Shown here: positions 1 to 12,433 of the stretch, one piece after another
Layout: each line of letters opens with the position of its first letter
How positions within the stretch are numbered: the first letter of the stretch is position 1
NCBI RefSeq assembly: GCF_006345805.1
Contig: NC_043001.1
Coordinates: forward strand, 112,654,001-112,718,000
Length of the DNA: 64,000 nucleotides
Source: Octopus sinensis
Taxonomy: Eukaryota
Direction of reading: 5' to 3'
Position numbers and translations under genes: made by a program
Notes under the pieces: generated by a model
What the model was told of the DNA's origin: nothing
What the model saw: only the letters and a program-made list of their open reading frames with translations
Databases searched by the model: none

Positions 1-129
1 CTCGAATATAGAAAACTCTTTTCTATCCGTCTACCCCACCTTTTTGGTAACGGAAGGATACTAATGGCCATACCCTTGCCACGAAACATAACAAATGTCC
101 AGAGACGCAATTGTGTATGTATGAGTATA

Positions 130-205
130 TATGTAGATAGGTAGACAGACAGACAGACATTTAGATAGACCGATGGATAAATAGATTGACAGATAGACAG
201 ACAGC

Positions 206-281
<76 letters not shown>

Positions 282-284
282 CAA

Positions 285-349
<65 letters not shown>

Positions 350-390
350 CAGACATTTAAATAGATAGACTGATGGACAGACAGACAGAC
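130..390 (+). repeat. (GATA)n/(GACA)n microsatellite
   Basis: Direct reading of tandem gata/gaca units. Confidence 0.95.
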
Positions 391-1496
391 AATTACTTTA
401 ATTTAAAAGTGTCCTTTCCTTTTAGTTCATTATATTCCATTATCGTTCTATGAATTTTTTTATATTTATTGAGCTCTTTGCTAAAAATGTTTTACACAAA
501 GAAATATTTTCGTTATAATTTCAAGCTATTATTTCTAATATTACATTATGTATACATAAACATACAAACACATACATGTATACACTCTCTCTCTCTCTCT
601 TTCTCTCACACACACACACAAACACACACACACACCACACACAACATTTAACTCTTTACTATCAATTATATATCATTGTTGTTACATTTCATTAAAAACG
701 ATAATATGTTTAAATATATTTTCTTTGCTGTAGAAAAGGGAAGTGGAGCAGTGATTCTTGTCACTCTGCAGCCAGAGATCAATAAGTTATGTGTATTTTC
801 TATATACACCCTCCTTCATTCCTCAGCCAGAGATCAATATTTTATGCCGTCTATATCGACCACACCCTCCTTTCTTATTTGTACCCCGCCGTCCCCAGCT
901 ATCCGTCTTCTATGCATACGAAGGAAACACAGACGACGGAGTCAACAATGGAGCCTCTTTGTGCTCACCTGGTCTGCTTGAAATAACAGTCAAATATCCC
1001 TTAGTTCATACACTCGGTTGTCTTGAAATATAGATAGAGATACATTTGAAAATGTAGTCTTAAGAATCACTAAGCCTGGAGAAATAGCAGGATGGTCACA
1101 GCTGGAACATCTTCGGTTATTGTTCTATCTGCTGGTTCAGAGCAAACCTGGGGCTAAACTACAACTACACATAGACATAATATATAATATAAAACCAACT
1201 CCATGCCATCAATACCACCACATACCGACTACATCAACGTACAACGAGCCTAAGTCCACCTCGGACTATATGATTCATTGTGTCCTTTTTAAGTTTGTAG
1301 GATCTGATTCGGTTGCTGTTTGTAGTAAATTGGGTGATAACGAACAGTTTCGTTGTTGTTGCTGTTTTAACCCCAACTCAGCTCTGATCCAATAATAATA
1401 TGATCAGAGGTGTTCTAGCCATGACCATCCCGCCTTAGATATTCACTCATAGTATCCAATGTACCGTTAGTTATTCAAAAAAGGTGAAATTTGAGA

Positions 1497-1915
1497 TAGA
1501 TTTGGCTGCTATTTCCGGCTGAACGAAAGACAACGAAGAGGGTCCATATTGTCTGAAAAATATCCCTTTTAAACGTTTGTTTGAATTAGACTTGCTTGCT
1601 ATTTTTGGCTGGATGAGTAACGACGTTGAGCAGTCATAGGCAAACTGCGGCCCGCGGGACGTTCTGAATGACACGATTAATTGCACGAGGAAAAATGTGT
1701 CTTTAATAGTGCGGTCTGCCTCATGATGAACCATGCCCCATGCGGCCCGCTTCTCGACGAACGTTGCTCATGCCTGACTTAGAGGCTTCTTTGGCTGAAA
1801 GAAATATCCCGTTTTTTGAACTTATATTGGGGGTAGATTTGGCTGCTATTACTGGATGAACGAGTGACAATGTAGAGGCTTTCTCATTGGCTGAAAGAAA
1901 TATCCGGTCTTTAAA
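1497..1915 (+). repeat. Degenerate ~90-bp tandem repeat, 3 units, middle unit interrupted by a MITE
   Basis: Units start tagatttggctgct at 1497, tagacttgcttgct at 1587 and tagatttggctgct at 1834; each carries a ggctgaa..gaaatatcc-like motif. Confidence 0.7.
1631..1776. mobile_element. hAT-type MITE (~146 bp)
   Basis: Imperfect TIRs cagtcataggcaaa / ttgctcatgcctg, subterminal gcggcccgc motifs at both ends, 8-bp flanks acgttgag and acttagag (6/8 identical). Confidence 0.7.
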
Positions 1916-2677
1916 ACTTTGCTCTGTTTTTTTTCTTTCATATTTTTCTCTTCAATCTTCTCGTTGCCGCCATCTTTTTTTTCCTTTATTATCGTCTGCC
2001 TCTTCCTTGTTACTTACTCTCCTTGTATTTATCCTTATACTCCCTTTTTTATCGTTTTTCTTTATCCTTTATACTCCATATTTTTCCTTACTCCCCTTAT
2101 ACTTCTCTGGTACTCATTCTTCATGCTCCTTTTAGCTTCTGCTTCTTTATTCTCTTCATTTCCTTAGCCAAACTGTTTCTTTTCCTTGCTTTGCTTCCTT
2201 TTAATTTCCATTCCTCTTTTTCTTCTTCACTCAATTCTAACTTTTCCCTTCTTCTTTTCTTTCTCTCTCTCTCTTTCTCCCTCTCTCTCTCTCTGTCTCA
2301 CACACACACGCACAATTTATCTGCCATTCATTCTTCCTCTTCTAAACATTATCCCATATTCTTCCTCCATATTTTACTCCTCTTTATTCTTTCTTTTGTC
2401 TCCCCCGATCACCTCATCCCCTACCTCATCCCGTTTTAGTTCATCCCTGTCTAACTCTTACCCTTTTCCTCCCACTCACTCCCCATCTCTCTCTCTCTCT
2501 CTCTCTTCCCCCTCCAGCTGCCACTCCCACTATATATATATAAACATACATACATACCACGTGCCCACTCAACCATACGTTAAACTATTGTTTTTCCTTT
2601 CTGTATTTCGGTGTTTTCTAAACACATACAGGTGACTGTGTTTGTAGTAAAGCCGTGCGTATGTGTAGGCTCTCTCT

Positions 2678-2822
<145 letters not shown>

Positions 2823-3078
2823 ACATACATACATATGTATACATATATATATACACATATATATATACATACATGTGTATACATATATTTATACATATAT
2901 ATATATACATATATACACACACATACACACACCACACATATATATATATATATGAACCAATGTATGTACATATGTATATGTATTTTTGTATGTGAATAGA
3001 CACTCATATATATGAACATAAATGTGTGCGTGTGTGTGTCTATGTATGCGCGTAAGTTTGTGTATATGTCTGTACATC

Positions 3079-3123
<45 letters not shown>

Positions 3124-3198
3124 GTGCGTGCGTGTGTGTATAAACATATGACTGCATTTAAGTTTCTATTGTCCGCTGCTTTTGTACGTACGAATATA

Positions 3199-3320
3199 AC
3201 AATGAATATACACGCATGTGTGTGTGTGTGTGCGTGAGAGAGTGTATACATATGTGTATGTGTGTGTATATGCATGTTTGCATATATGAGCATATGCGCG
3301 TGTATGATGCACACACACAG

Positions 3321-3360
<40 letters not shown>

Positions 3361-3520
3361 CAATCTTTGTATGTAAAAGAGAAAAACAATGAATATACAC
3401 GCATGTGTGTGTGTATATGTGCGTGAGAGAGTGTATACATATGTGTATGTCTGTGTGTGCATATGCATGTTTGCATATATGAGCATATGCGCGTGTATGA
3501 TGCACACACACACGCACACG

Positions 3521-3551
<31 letters not shown>

Positions 3552-3747
3552 CAATCTTTGTATGTAAAAGAGAAAAACAATGAATATACACGCATGTGTG
3601 TGTGTGTGTGTGTGTATGTGTGCGTGAGAGAGTGTATACATATGTGTATGTGTATGTGTGTGTGCATATGCATGTTTGCATATATGAGCATATGCGCGTG
3701 TATGATGAACACACACACACACACACGCACACACATACACACACACG

Positions 3748-3788
<41 letters not shown>

Positions 3789-3975
3789 CAATCTTTGTAT
3801 GCAAAAGAGAAAAACAATGAATATACACGCATGTGTGTGTGTGTGTGTATGTGTGTGCGTGAGAAAGTGTATACATATGTGTATGTCTGTGTGTGCATAT
3901 GCATGTTTGCATATATGAGCATATGCGCGTGTATGATGAACACACACACACACACACACACGCACACACACACAC

Positions 3976-4013
<38 letters not shown>

Positions 4014-4039
4014 CAATCTGTGTATGTAAAAGAGAAAAA
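3199..4039 (+). repeat. Compound minisatellite, 4 units of ~187-237 bp with embedded (TG)n and (CA)n
   Basis: aatgaatatacacgcatg recurs at 3201, 3388, 3579 and 3816; each unit ends tatcaatct(t/g)tgtatg(t/c)aaaagagaaaaa. Confidence 0.92.
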
Positions 4040-4542
4040 GAGAAGGAATGTTTAAAGAGACAGCCTTATTTCACCGTTCATTAATCACGACAATAACACT
4101 TACATAGTATACTGCCTCTCACCTCCACACACTCTATCTACTCCTCCTGCTCTCTCTCTCTCTCTCTCGCCCTTTATCCATGCGTGTGTGTCTGTGTGTG
4201 TGTGTGTAGGTGTTTGTATATGTGCATTTGTGTAAGAGTGTTTGTATGTATCTATGTATGTATGTATGTATGTATATGTATGTATGTATCTATGTATATA
4301 TGTATGTACATGTGTGCATGCTATGTGCGCTGTACATGTATGCGTGCATATTTATGCATGTTTAAATAGTGTGTGTGTATGTGTGTGTATGCATATGTAT
4401 ATTAGTGTGTTTGTGCTTACGTTTGTGTGTGTGTGTGTGTGTGTGTGCCACTGTAACAACTGTGCCTCGTATTTCATATGACCATCTGCAGACGACAGCG
4501 AAGTCAACCAATAGCGATTAAATATGTCATATTGCGTACAAT

Positions 4543-4549
4543 GATGATA

Positions 4550-4581
<32 letters not shown>

Positions 4582-4840
4582 GGTGGTGGTGACGGTGGTG
4601 ACGGTGGTGGTGGTGGTGGTGGTGGTGGTGGTGACGGTGGTGACGTTGGTGGTGGTAGTGGTGGTGGTGGTGGTGGTGACGGTGGTGGTGGTGGTGGTGG
4701 TGACGGTGGTGGTGGTGGTGGTGGCGGTGGCGGCAGCAGTGGTGGCACTATTGGTCGTGGTACCTACGACGACGACAACGACGACGGTGATGATAATAAT
4801 GACGATGACGATGATGAATGTGATGACGATGATAATGTTG
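4543..4840 (+). repeat. (GGT)n/(GAT)n/(GAC)n trinucleotide array
   Basis: Direct reading; explains the poly-Val/Thr/Pro ORFs. Confidence 0.95.
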
Positions 4841-5639
4841 ACGAGAAGGAAGAGAGGAGAAAAAGTGTACATATGTATTTATGCGTGTGAATATATATAT
4901 ATACATTCATATATGTTTGTATGCGTGTGCGTATACATATACATACATATATACATACCCAAAAACACACATCACACACCACGCACAGACATACTTTTAT
5001 ACATGTGTGCGTTCATGTATGCGTACGTGTGTGTATGTGTGTGTGTTTATTATATTGAAAAAATTGGCTGTCTACTCTGAGTTTTGACCCGGACTGGGTT
5101 GTTCACTGAATGTTTACACTATGTAAAATATATATTATTGTACGTGACAATTCTTACATTATGCAATACATATATACTTACAACAAATGCTGTCACCCTA
5201 GGCAATAACTGCTGAAAACTAGAAAGATATACCACTACCTGATTTAAAGGATTAACACATAATATTTACCTTGTTACACGAGAAATTTTCTTGTAGAGGA
5301 GGTGATTAATGTCTTTCAGTCGTGTATCTTGTAATAGTCTTGGTTTAATTTGAACCCGACTTCAGGAATAAAGTTCAAAGTTGAGAGGCCACTAACATCA
5401 GTCGTTTCCAACAACATCCGTTTATTACTAGTTAAGTTGTATTTATCAGATTTGCTGCATAATTTGATTGTATACCGTTATTCTGTATTCTCGAAGGAGA
5501 GGAAAAGCATTGTTGAAATATCTTTGTTTGAATTGACTTTATCATTCCCATGTAACGGTCGTACAAAGTGTTTTTTAGATTTCGTGATTCTGTTTCTTAG
5601 ATACATGCTGCAGATGTGTGTATATGTATGTGTGTGCAT

Positions 5640-5713
<74 letters not shown>

Positions 5714-5994
5714 AACTCGTTTAAGCCATTCGAGTGCGGTCATGCTGGGGCACTGGCTTGAAGGATTTTAATCGAACGAATCGACCTCAGTACTTGTTTT
5801 TATAAAAGCCCTTTGGTCATTTTTGCTGAACCACTAAATTACAAGGACGTAAACAAATCAACACCAGTTGTCAAGCGGCTATTGGGGACAGACACAAGCA
5901 CAAAGTCAAACGCGCACACTATCACACACAAGTATGCATACGTACATATACATACATACATACATATATATATATATTATTCGCCATGATAGAT

Positions 5995-6170
5995 GGTTAG
6001 AAACTACACATTCTTTATTTTCTCTCCTTGTTTCTTTCTGTGTTCCTTTCTGTGGAAGAGCATAGGCTCGAAACGTTAAAGACTTTTTCCCGGGCGTTAT
6101 ACTAATATATCTATTTGTTGTCTACACTACCTGTCTTCTTCTTTTGTCTTTTTGTGAATTCTCCTTTATA
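5995..6170 (+). mobile_element. Penelope-like terminal-repeat (pLTR) fragment with hammerhead-like motif
   Basis: Shares ctgtggaagagc(a/g)taggctcgaaacgt plus downstream ...taatac... with 9720-9870 and 30890-31080 (minus). No RT or GIY-YIG ORF is seen, so the class assignment rests on the motif. Confidence 0.5.
6046..6081 (+). ncRNA. Minimal hammerhead ribozyme-like motif (variant core)
   Basis: cttt-CTGTGGA-A-gagc(atag)gctc-GAAACGTT-aaag: stem I 4 bp, stem II 4 bp, palindromic ACGT stem III. Confidence 0.5.
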
Positions 6171-6184
6171 TATTATATATATAT

Positions 6185-6238
<54 letters not shown>

Positions 6239-6252
6239 TATAGATATAATAT

Positions 6253-6300
<48 letters not shown>

Positions 6301-7818
6301 ACGGGTTCTTTCAGTTTCCGTATACCAAATCCACTCACAAGGCTTTGAGGTTTTGATCCACTCGGAGCTATTGTAGAAGAAATTTTCCCAAGTGCTTCGT
6401 AATGGGACTGAACTGGGAAACAAGCTTCTGTATGATGTATTTGCTCATTTCACTGTGCAATAGGATTGGATCCAGATCCACAACCTTTTTAACCACTGTA
6501 CATATACCGTAAACATGCCTTCTACGAACAGAGCATTTATTTCTAAACTGCTTTCAGCTCGGATTTTTTAATTTTTATCAACTTCGAGTAAAATACTCTA
6601 TTTCTCTACGAGTTGCTAGCATTAGAAAATTAAATTTAAAAGCTAATATAGTTGCAGAAAAGAAAAGCAATAATTTTTTTTTAAATAAACAGAATTATAA
6701 TTTAAAAACTTGTTATTTAATTTTTTTCCTTTTTTACATTCTAAAAAGAAAAATGAACATTTGAGTTAGGCACAAGCATTTTAAGTGAGCTTATTTTGAA
6801 TTGAAAAACTCGTTTCGTTTTCTCGAAAAAGAAAAATGACCTGAAAAAAATAACTTAAAAACAAAAGAAATACATATAGATTCAGAAAACATTCAACTGA
6901 CAAAATTATATTATAATGTGCAGTTTATTTGGGAGTTTTTTGTTTTTTTTTCTACCCATAAAAATCACTTCTAGAATCTCATTTATATAAAAGACATTAA
7001 AAAGAAACATTTAGATTTCAGAAAATGGCGTAAAATAGTTTATTTTCTGCTTCTTTTTGTTTGTTTTTGTTCTTTTGTGAGTCTTTTTTTTTTTTTTGCT
7101 CTTTTTCTCAGTGTCATACCCGGTAACTTAAAAAATTTGAGAACGCTGTGCATGTGCATGCGTGCCTGCGTGGGTATGTGTGTATGCGTATTTGTGTGTG
7201 TGTTTGTGTGTGTGTGTGCGTGTGTGTGCGTGTGTGTGTAAACCATTACATAAATTCGATTACGACAGACACAACGCAGTTGTTTATTATGAAAACGTTT
7301 AAAGTCAATTTGAATAAAATAAGAGAGAAAATGTTTTTTAAAAAAATCAATACACATCCGGTCGGTGGGGAGCTCTTTAGAAATGGAGATAAACAAGTGC
7401 TGAGACGCAATGATGAAACGGTTGTTGTTGTTTAACCCCAGGTCAGCCCTTCCATCTGTGACCATCTCGTTTTTTGTTGTTGTTTTTTTCAGCTACACTG
7501 TAGCAAAATTTACATATTTCAATGTCACCGTTTTACTTTTTTTAAATTATGCCCTTCTTTTCAAAACGTTGTAAGAACGTTGAGTAGAGTGCTTTACTTT
7601 ATTTGTTCCGACTCCTTGCGCTCTGAGTTCAAATCTCGCCGAGGTAAACTTTGTGATTCATTATTTCGAGGTCTATAAAAAAAAGTACCAATCCATATGT
7701 ATGTATGTCATTATTCAGTTTTATTTCAAGATTTCTTATCAATACGGAAAGAGCCAGTTTCTAACCTAGATCCAAGGCATCTTCATTCGAATTTCAACAA
7801 CATCAACAGGGTATTTTT

Positions 7819-8302
7819 GTATGTATGTATGTATGTATGTATGTATGTATGTATGTATGTATGTATGTATGTATGTATGTATGTATACGTGCAGGTTTGT
7901 GTTTTGTTTTATGTTTGTCTTCTCATGGATATTATTGCATATCTATACATGTTCATATATACTTAAATAATAAACTTCTAGAAAGTTTTACAGATTTTTA
8001 TAGTTCCAGTGATGGCTTGAATTTGTAGTCTTCGAATCAGCTTTCTCCTTTCTAGTTTTATGTACGTATGTATGTATGTATGTATGTATGTATGTATGTA
8101 TGTATGTATGTATGTATGCATGTATGTATGTATGTATGTATGTGTGTATGCGTGTGTATGTATGTATGTATGTATGTATGTACGTGTGGGCGTGTATGTA
8201 TGTATGTGTGGTGTGTATGTATGTATGTATGTATGTATGTATGTATGTATGTATGTATTATGTATGTATGTATGTATGTATGTATGTATGTATGTATGTA
8301 TG
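7819..8302 (+). repeat. Two (GTAT)n arrays (7819-7885, 8060-8302)
   Basis: Direct reading. Confidence 0.95.
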
Positions 8303-8487
8303 TAGAGAAAGAGAGAGAGAGAGAGAGAGAGAGGCTGCTAATGTTGTCGTTGCAGCTTCAGACCATCCTAATATTGTTCATGATAAATGATCGAACCCGT
8401 CAGCCGTAACCAATTTTTAAATCTGATTGTAAGATGATTTAGTTCCTATTTCCAGCATATCAAACGATCGTGTAGAATACTCTACGA

Positions 8488-8518
<31 letters not shown>

Positions 8519-8528
8519 TGTAGGTATG

Positions 8529-8760
8529 TATTTCTTTGTTGCCCACAAGGGGCTAAACATAGAGGGGACAAACAAGGACAGACAAACGGATTAAGTCGAT
8601 TACATCGACCCCAGTGCGTAACTGGTACTTTATTTATCAACCCCGAAAGGATGAAAGGCAAAGTCGACCTCGGTGAAATTTGAACTCAGAACATGAAGAC
8701 AGACGAAATATCGCTAAGCGTTTCGCCCGGCGCGCTAACGTTTCTGCCAGCTCGCCGCCT
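8529..8760 (-). mobile_element. SINE family A, full length, tail type 1
   Basis: Reverse complement of ggcgagctggcagaaacgttagc...gagttcaaat (B box)...ggggtcgatgtaatcgact...aaagaaata. Confidence 0.88.
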
Positions 8761-9125
8761 TATGTATGTATGTATGTATGTATGTATGTATGTATGTATG
8801 TATGTATGATGTATGTATGTAGTATATGTGAGGGCTATGAGTTTCATAGCTACTTCTGACCGTGTCAAATTCTGGGTTCGGTTTAAATTGGCACTTGAAA
8901 CTACTTGTGTTGGATTAATAATAACCAACAGACGGTGAACGTCACAGACTTCTAAATTCCAGAAGCTAATTCGGTTAATTAATAATTATTGAAGAATACT
9001 AATTGGGAAAAGAAAATGTTGTTCTTACAGCCCATTGGGGCATTATCGCAGAGAAAGAGAAAGAGAGAGAGAGTGACGGTCATCCTCTTCGTCGTTGTCG
9101 TTGTTGTTGATGTTGCAGCAATCTG

Positions 9126-9300
9126 CCTCAATCGTTAACACGTCGGGCAAAATGCTGAGTTCAAATAACGCCTAGGCTGACTTTGCTTTTCATTCTTTCG
9201 GGGTCGATAAAATAAGTACCAGTTGAGTGCCAGGGTGGATGTAATCGAGTTGTTCCTCCCAAAAAATTTCAGGCCTCGTGCCTATAGTAGAAAGGATTAT
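9126..9300 (+). mobile_element. SINE family A, degenerate, tail type 2 ending in (TTA)n
   Basis: Core ggggtcgataaaataagtaccag, then aatttcaggcctcgtgcctatagtagaaaggattat(tat)n. Confidence 0.8.
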
Positions 9301-9318
9301 TATTATCATTATTATTAC

Positions 9319-9363
<45 letters not shown>

Positions 9364-9401
9364 TATATTATTATTATTATTATTATATTATTATTATATA
9401 T

Positions 9402-9439
<38 letters not shown>

Positions 9440-9719
9440 ACTCTTAGTTTCAAGTTACCGATTATTCAGATGACAGGTGTAGGAAAGAAACGTGTCGGTG
9501 TATAGAAAAAATATATACACGCAAAGATATATTTGCTTATATATATATTGTTACGCTGCTTCTTAACTTCAGCAGTTTGAAGCACCTTGAGCGTGAAACT
9601 TTGATACTATTCAGCAGTCTTTAACTTGTAGTAGAATATACGAACTATCCTTTATGTATTGAATACTTTCCCTCATTTCTATACGCAAACATTCACTAAT
9701 ATATCTGTTAATTTCTATA

Positions 9720-10025
9720 CATTTTTTTCTCTTTCCGTTTTTCCCCCCGTTTAATCCTTCCTGTGGAAGAGCGTAGGCTCGAAACGTAAAAGGCTTTTTC
9801 ATTCTTCCCGAGCATTAAACTAATACACCTGCTTGTTGTTCCTTCACCTGTCTTCATCTTTGTTTATGTATGTGTAATATAATATATTATATATATAATA
9901 ATATATATATATATATAAAGTTAATCCAAACAAGAAAACAAAAAAAAAAAAATAAACACAACAACGCAAGGACATGGAACAAATAAAGTATTATTGGACG
10001 CTCAGGAAAGAAGGGAAGAAGGAGG
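9720..10025. mobile_element. Penelope-like pLTR fragment (plus) with hammerhead-like motif, followed by an inverted partial related copy
   Basis: Motif at 9756-9793; 9925-10025 resembles the reverse complement of the downstream pLTR part (gacgctcaggaa, as at ~30990). Confidence 0.5.
9756..9793 (+). ncRNA. Minimal hammerhead ribozyme-like motif (variant core)
   Basis: ccttc-CTGTGGA-A-gagc(gtag)gctc-GAAACGTA-aaagg. Confidence 0.5.
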
Positions 10026-10153
10026 ATCCTCAATGAGAATACGGGTACTTTAGGAAAACGGTGTTTCGAACTTGTGTTTCCTCACTCAAAGCTATTCTGG
10101 CTCAGTCAGCATCTATCAGTAAATAAGTTAGTTTCTGAATCCTATTATTAAAA

Positions 10154-10469
10154 GACTCCGCCGGTTACGACGACGAGGGTCCCAGCTGATCCGATCAACG
10201 GAACAGCTTGCTCGTGAAATTAACGTGCAAATGGCTGAGCATTCCACAGACACGTGTACCCTAAACGTAGTTCTCGGGGATAATCAGCGTGACACAGAGA
10301 GTGACAAGGCTGACCCTTTGAAATACAAGTACAACTCATTTTTGCCAGCTGAGTGGACTGGAGCAACGTGAAATAAAGTGTCTTGCTCAGGGACACAACG
10401 CGTCGCCGGGAATCGAACTCACAACCTTACGATCATGAGCCGAATGCCCTAACCACTAAGCCACGCGCC
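10154..10469 (-). mobile_element. SINE family C, variant with CORE-like middle domain
   Basis: tRNA-like head with A box tggcttagtgg and B box gttcgattccc, middle tgtgtccctgagcaagacacttt, 3' body shared with 12434-12815. Confidence 0.88.
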
Positions 10470-10589
10470 CTCACTCTGAATCCTATAGACAAGAGCCAAA
10501 ACCAAAACTATCTCTCTCTCCGTCTCTCCCCCCTCTCTCTCTCTCTCCCTCTCTCTCCCTCCCTCTCCCTCTCTCCCTCTCTCTCTATA

Positions 10590-10960
10590 TATTTCCTAAC
10601 AGCATGGTTCCGGGTTCAATCCCACTGCGTGACACTTTGGGCAAGTGTCTTCTAATAGAACCTTGGTCCGATCAAAGCCTTGTGAGTACATTTAGTAGAT
10701 GGAAACTAAAAGAAGCCCGTGACATATGTGTGTGTGTCTGTGTCTGTTTGAGTCTTTGTGTCTGTGTTAGTCCCCCATCACCTCTTGAAAACCGGTGTTG
10801 GTGTGCTTATGACCCCATAACCTGGCGGTTTGGCAAAGCGACCGATAGAATAAGTACTAAGCTTTAGAAAATAAGTCATGGGTCGATTTGTTTAACGGAG
10901 ACCCTTCAAGGTGATGCTCCAGCGTAGCCGCAGTCAAATGCTAGAAATAACAGAATAAAA
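10590..10960 (+). mobile_element. SINE family B
   Basis: catggttccgggttcaatcccactgcgtg...gggcaagtgtcttc...internal (TG)n...gcagtcaaatg. Confidence 0.85.
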
Positions 10961-10992
10961 CACTATAAACAATATATAGAAAGAGAAGGACG

Positions 10993-11041
<49 letters not shown>

Positions 11042-11642
11042 GTCTAATAGTCAGAGAGATAGACAGATATCAGTAAAGCTGCTTCCAGTATTAAAGTTTG
11101 ATTGGGACTGGTTAAATCCAAAACTGTGACATCCTGGAAATAGGTCAGTTGTTCTGTTGTTGAAACATCTCGAAATTTGTGAGTAAACTTTGAAATATAA
11201 TACCATACACTCTGCCATCAAACACACAACACACACACACACGTACATATATACATGCATATCTTCTGATATCGGATGAGATATGTCTGTCCTACGAACT
11301 CACAAATTAGTAAGCAATGTATGTCAAACTGCAGAATCCCTACGGGCCGCACTGCTCACATGTTGCTATGAGAGCTGCAAAATCACTAGATTTACGACCA
11401 AACAGTGGTCATAATCTTTGATTTTATCATACCAATTTTTTATTATTAAGTGAAAATCTTTTAAAATGTTTTGATTTGCTCAACAATAATCCTATTTTTA
11501 TTAATCAAATTATTACTATAAATTATTTTTATTACACACACACACACACCACACACACACACAACACACACACACACACACCACACACACAACACACACA
11601 ACACACACACACACACACACACACACCACACACACACACACC

Positions 11643-11687
<45 letters not shown>

Positions 11688-12341
11688 CTGTAGTATGAGA
11701 TATCAATTAGGAAAGCAGTGTGGCTATCATAGAAAGCTCCTCTGATGGACTCGGATATCAGACTACATGGTAATCTGCTAACAGGGAAGTGTAATGCAGA
11801 ATGTCCATGCAACTGAAATCCAGAAGATCCGATCGATGAAGTTATTTCTTGAAGTGTATATAAACATAAAAGTTAGGAAGTCTTTTAGGAGGTGTATGAG
11901 GTAAATATATACATTGTATAAAAAAGGAGAAAAATTTTAAGACTATAGTTGAAATTGAATCGTTGGCGTAACCATAATGTTCAGATGATCTGATGAGCTA
12001 GCTTCTTTTGTTTGCATTGATTTGTAAATGTACATTTGTATTGTATAATGCGTAGCATGCATATTTATGCAAATTTGCACGCTGAAATTTTTAATATAAT
12101 GAAGAAGGCTACGAAACGGCCGTAACCTTTAAGGATGTCAAGTGGATAAATAAATGTATTCACCTCTCGCACATCCTGACTTCTATGGCTTAAGTATATT
12201 TATACATACAAGCAACTCGATAAAATAAAGTGTTCCCTGAGATTCCGTTATGGTTGAGAATCTATATGTATTTGGGACGTCTATCGCAACTATTATGGTA
12301 AAACGCGCGTAAGAATTTTAGCATAAAACCTGTGTTTATCC

Positions 12342-12383
<42 letters not shown>

Positions 12384-12433
12384 ACACACACACACACACA
12401 CGTATGTATATATGTATGTGTATGTATGTCTGC

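Larger units (their letters stand above)
5720..6430 (-). mobile_element. SINE family B copy, split at its internal (TA)n by a Penelope-like fragment
   Basis: 3' half at 5720-5905 and 5' half at ~6296-6430 align by eye to the full-length copy at 31345-31765. Confidence 0.7.

Noticed and set aside
3199-4039. CRISPR-like repeat-spacer array
   Set aside because: The variable parts are microsatellites, not unique spacers; unit size is far too large; eukaryotic context with no cas genes.
10400-10469. tRNA genes (also heads at 12434, 26340, 31345, 59000)
   Set aside because: A/B boxes are present but acceptor stems are not closed, anticodon loops differ between copies, and each continues into a SINE body.
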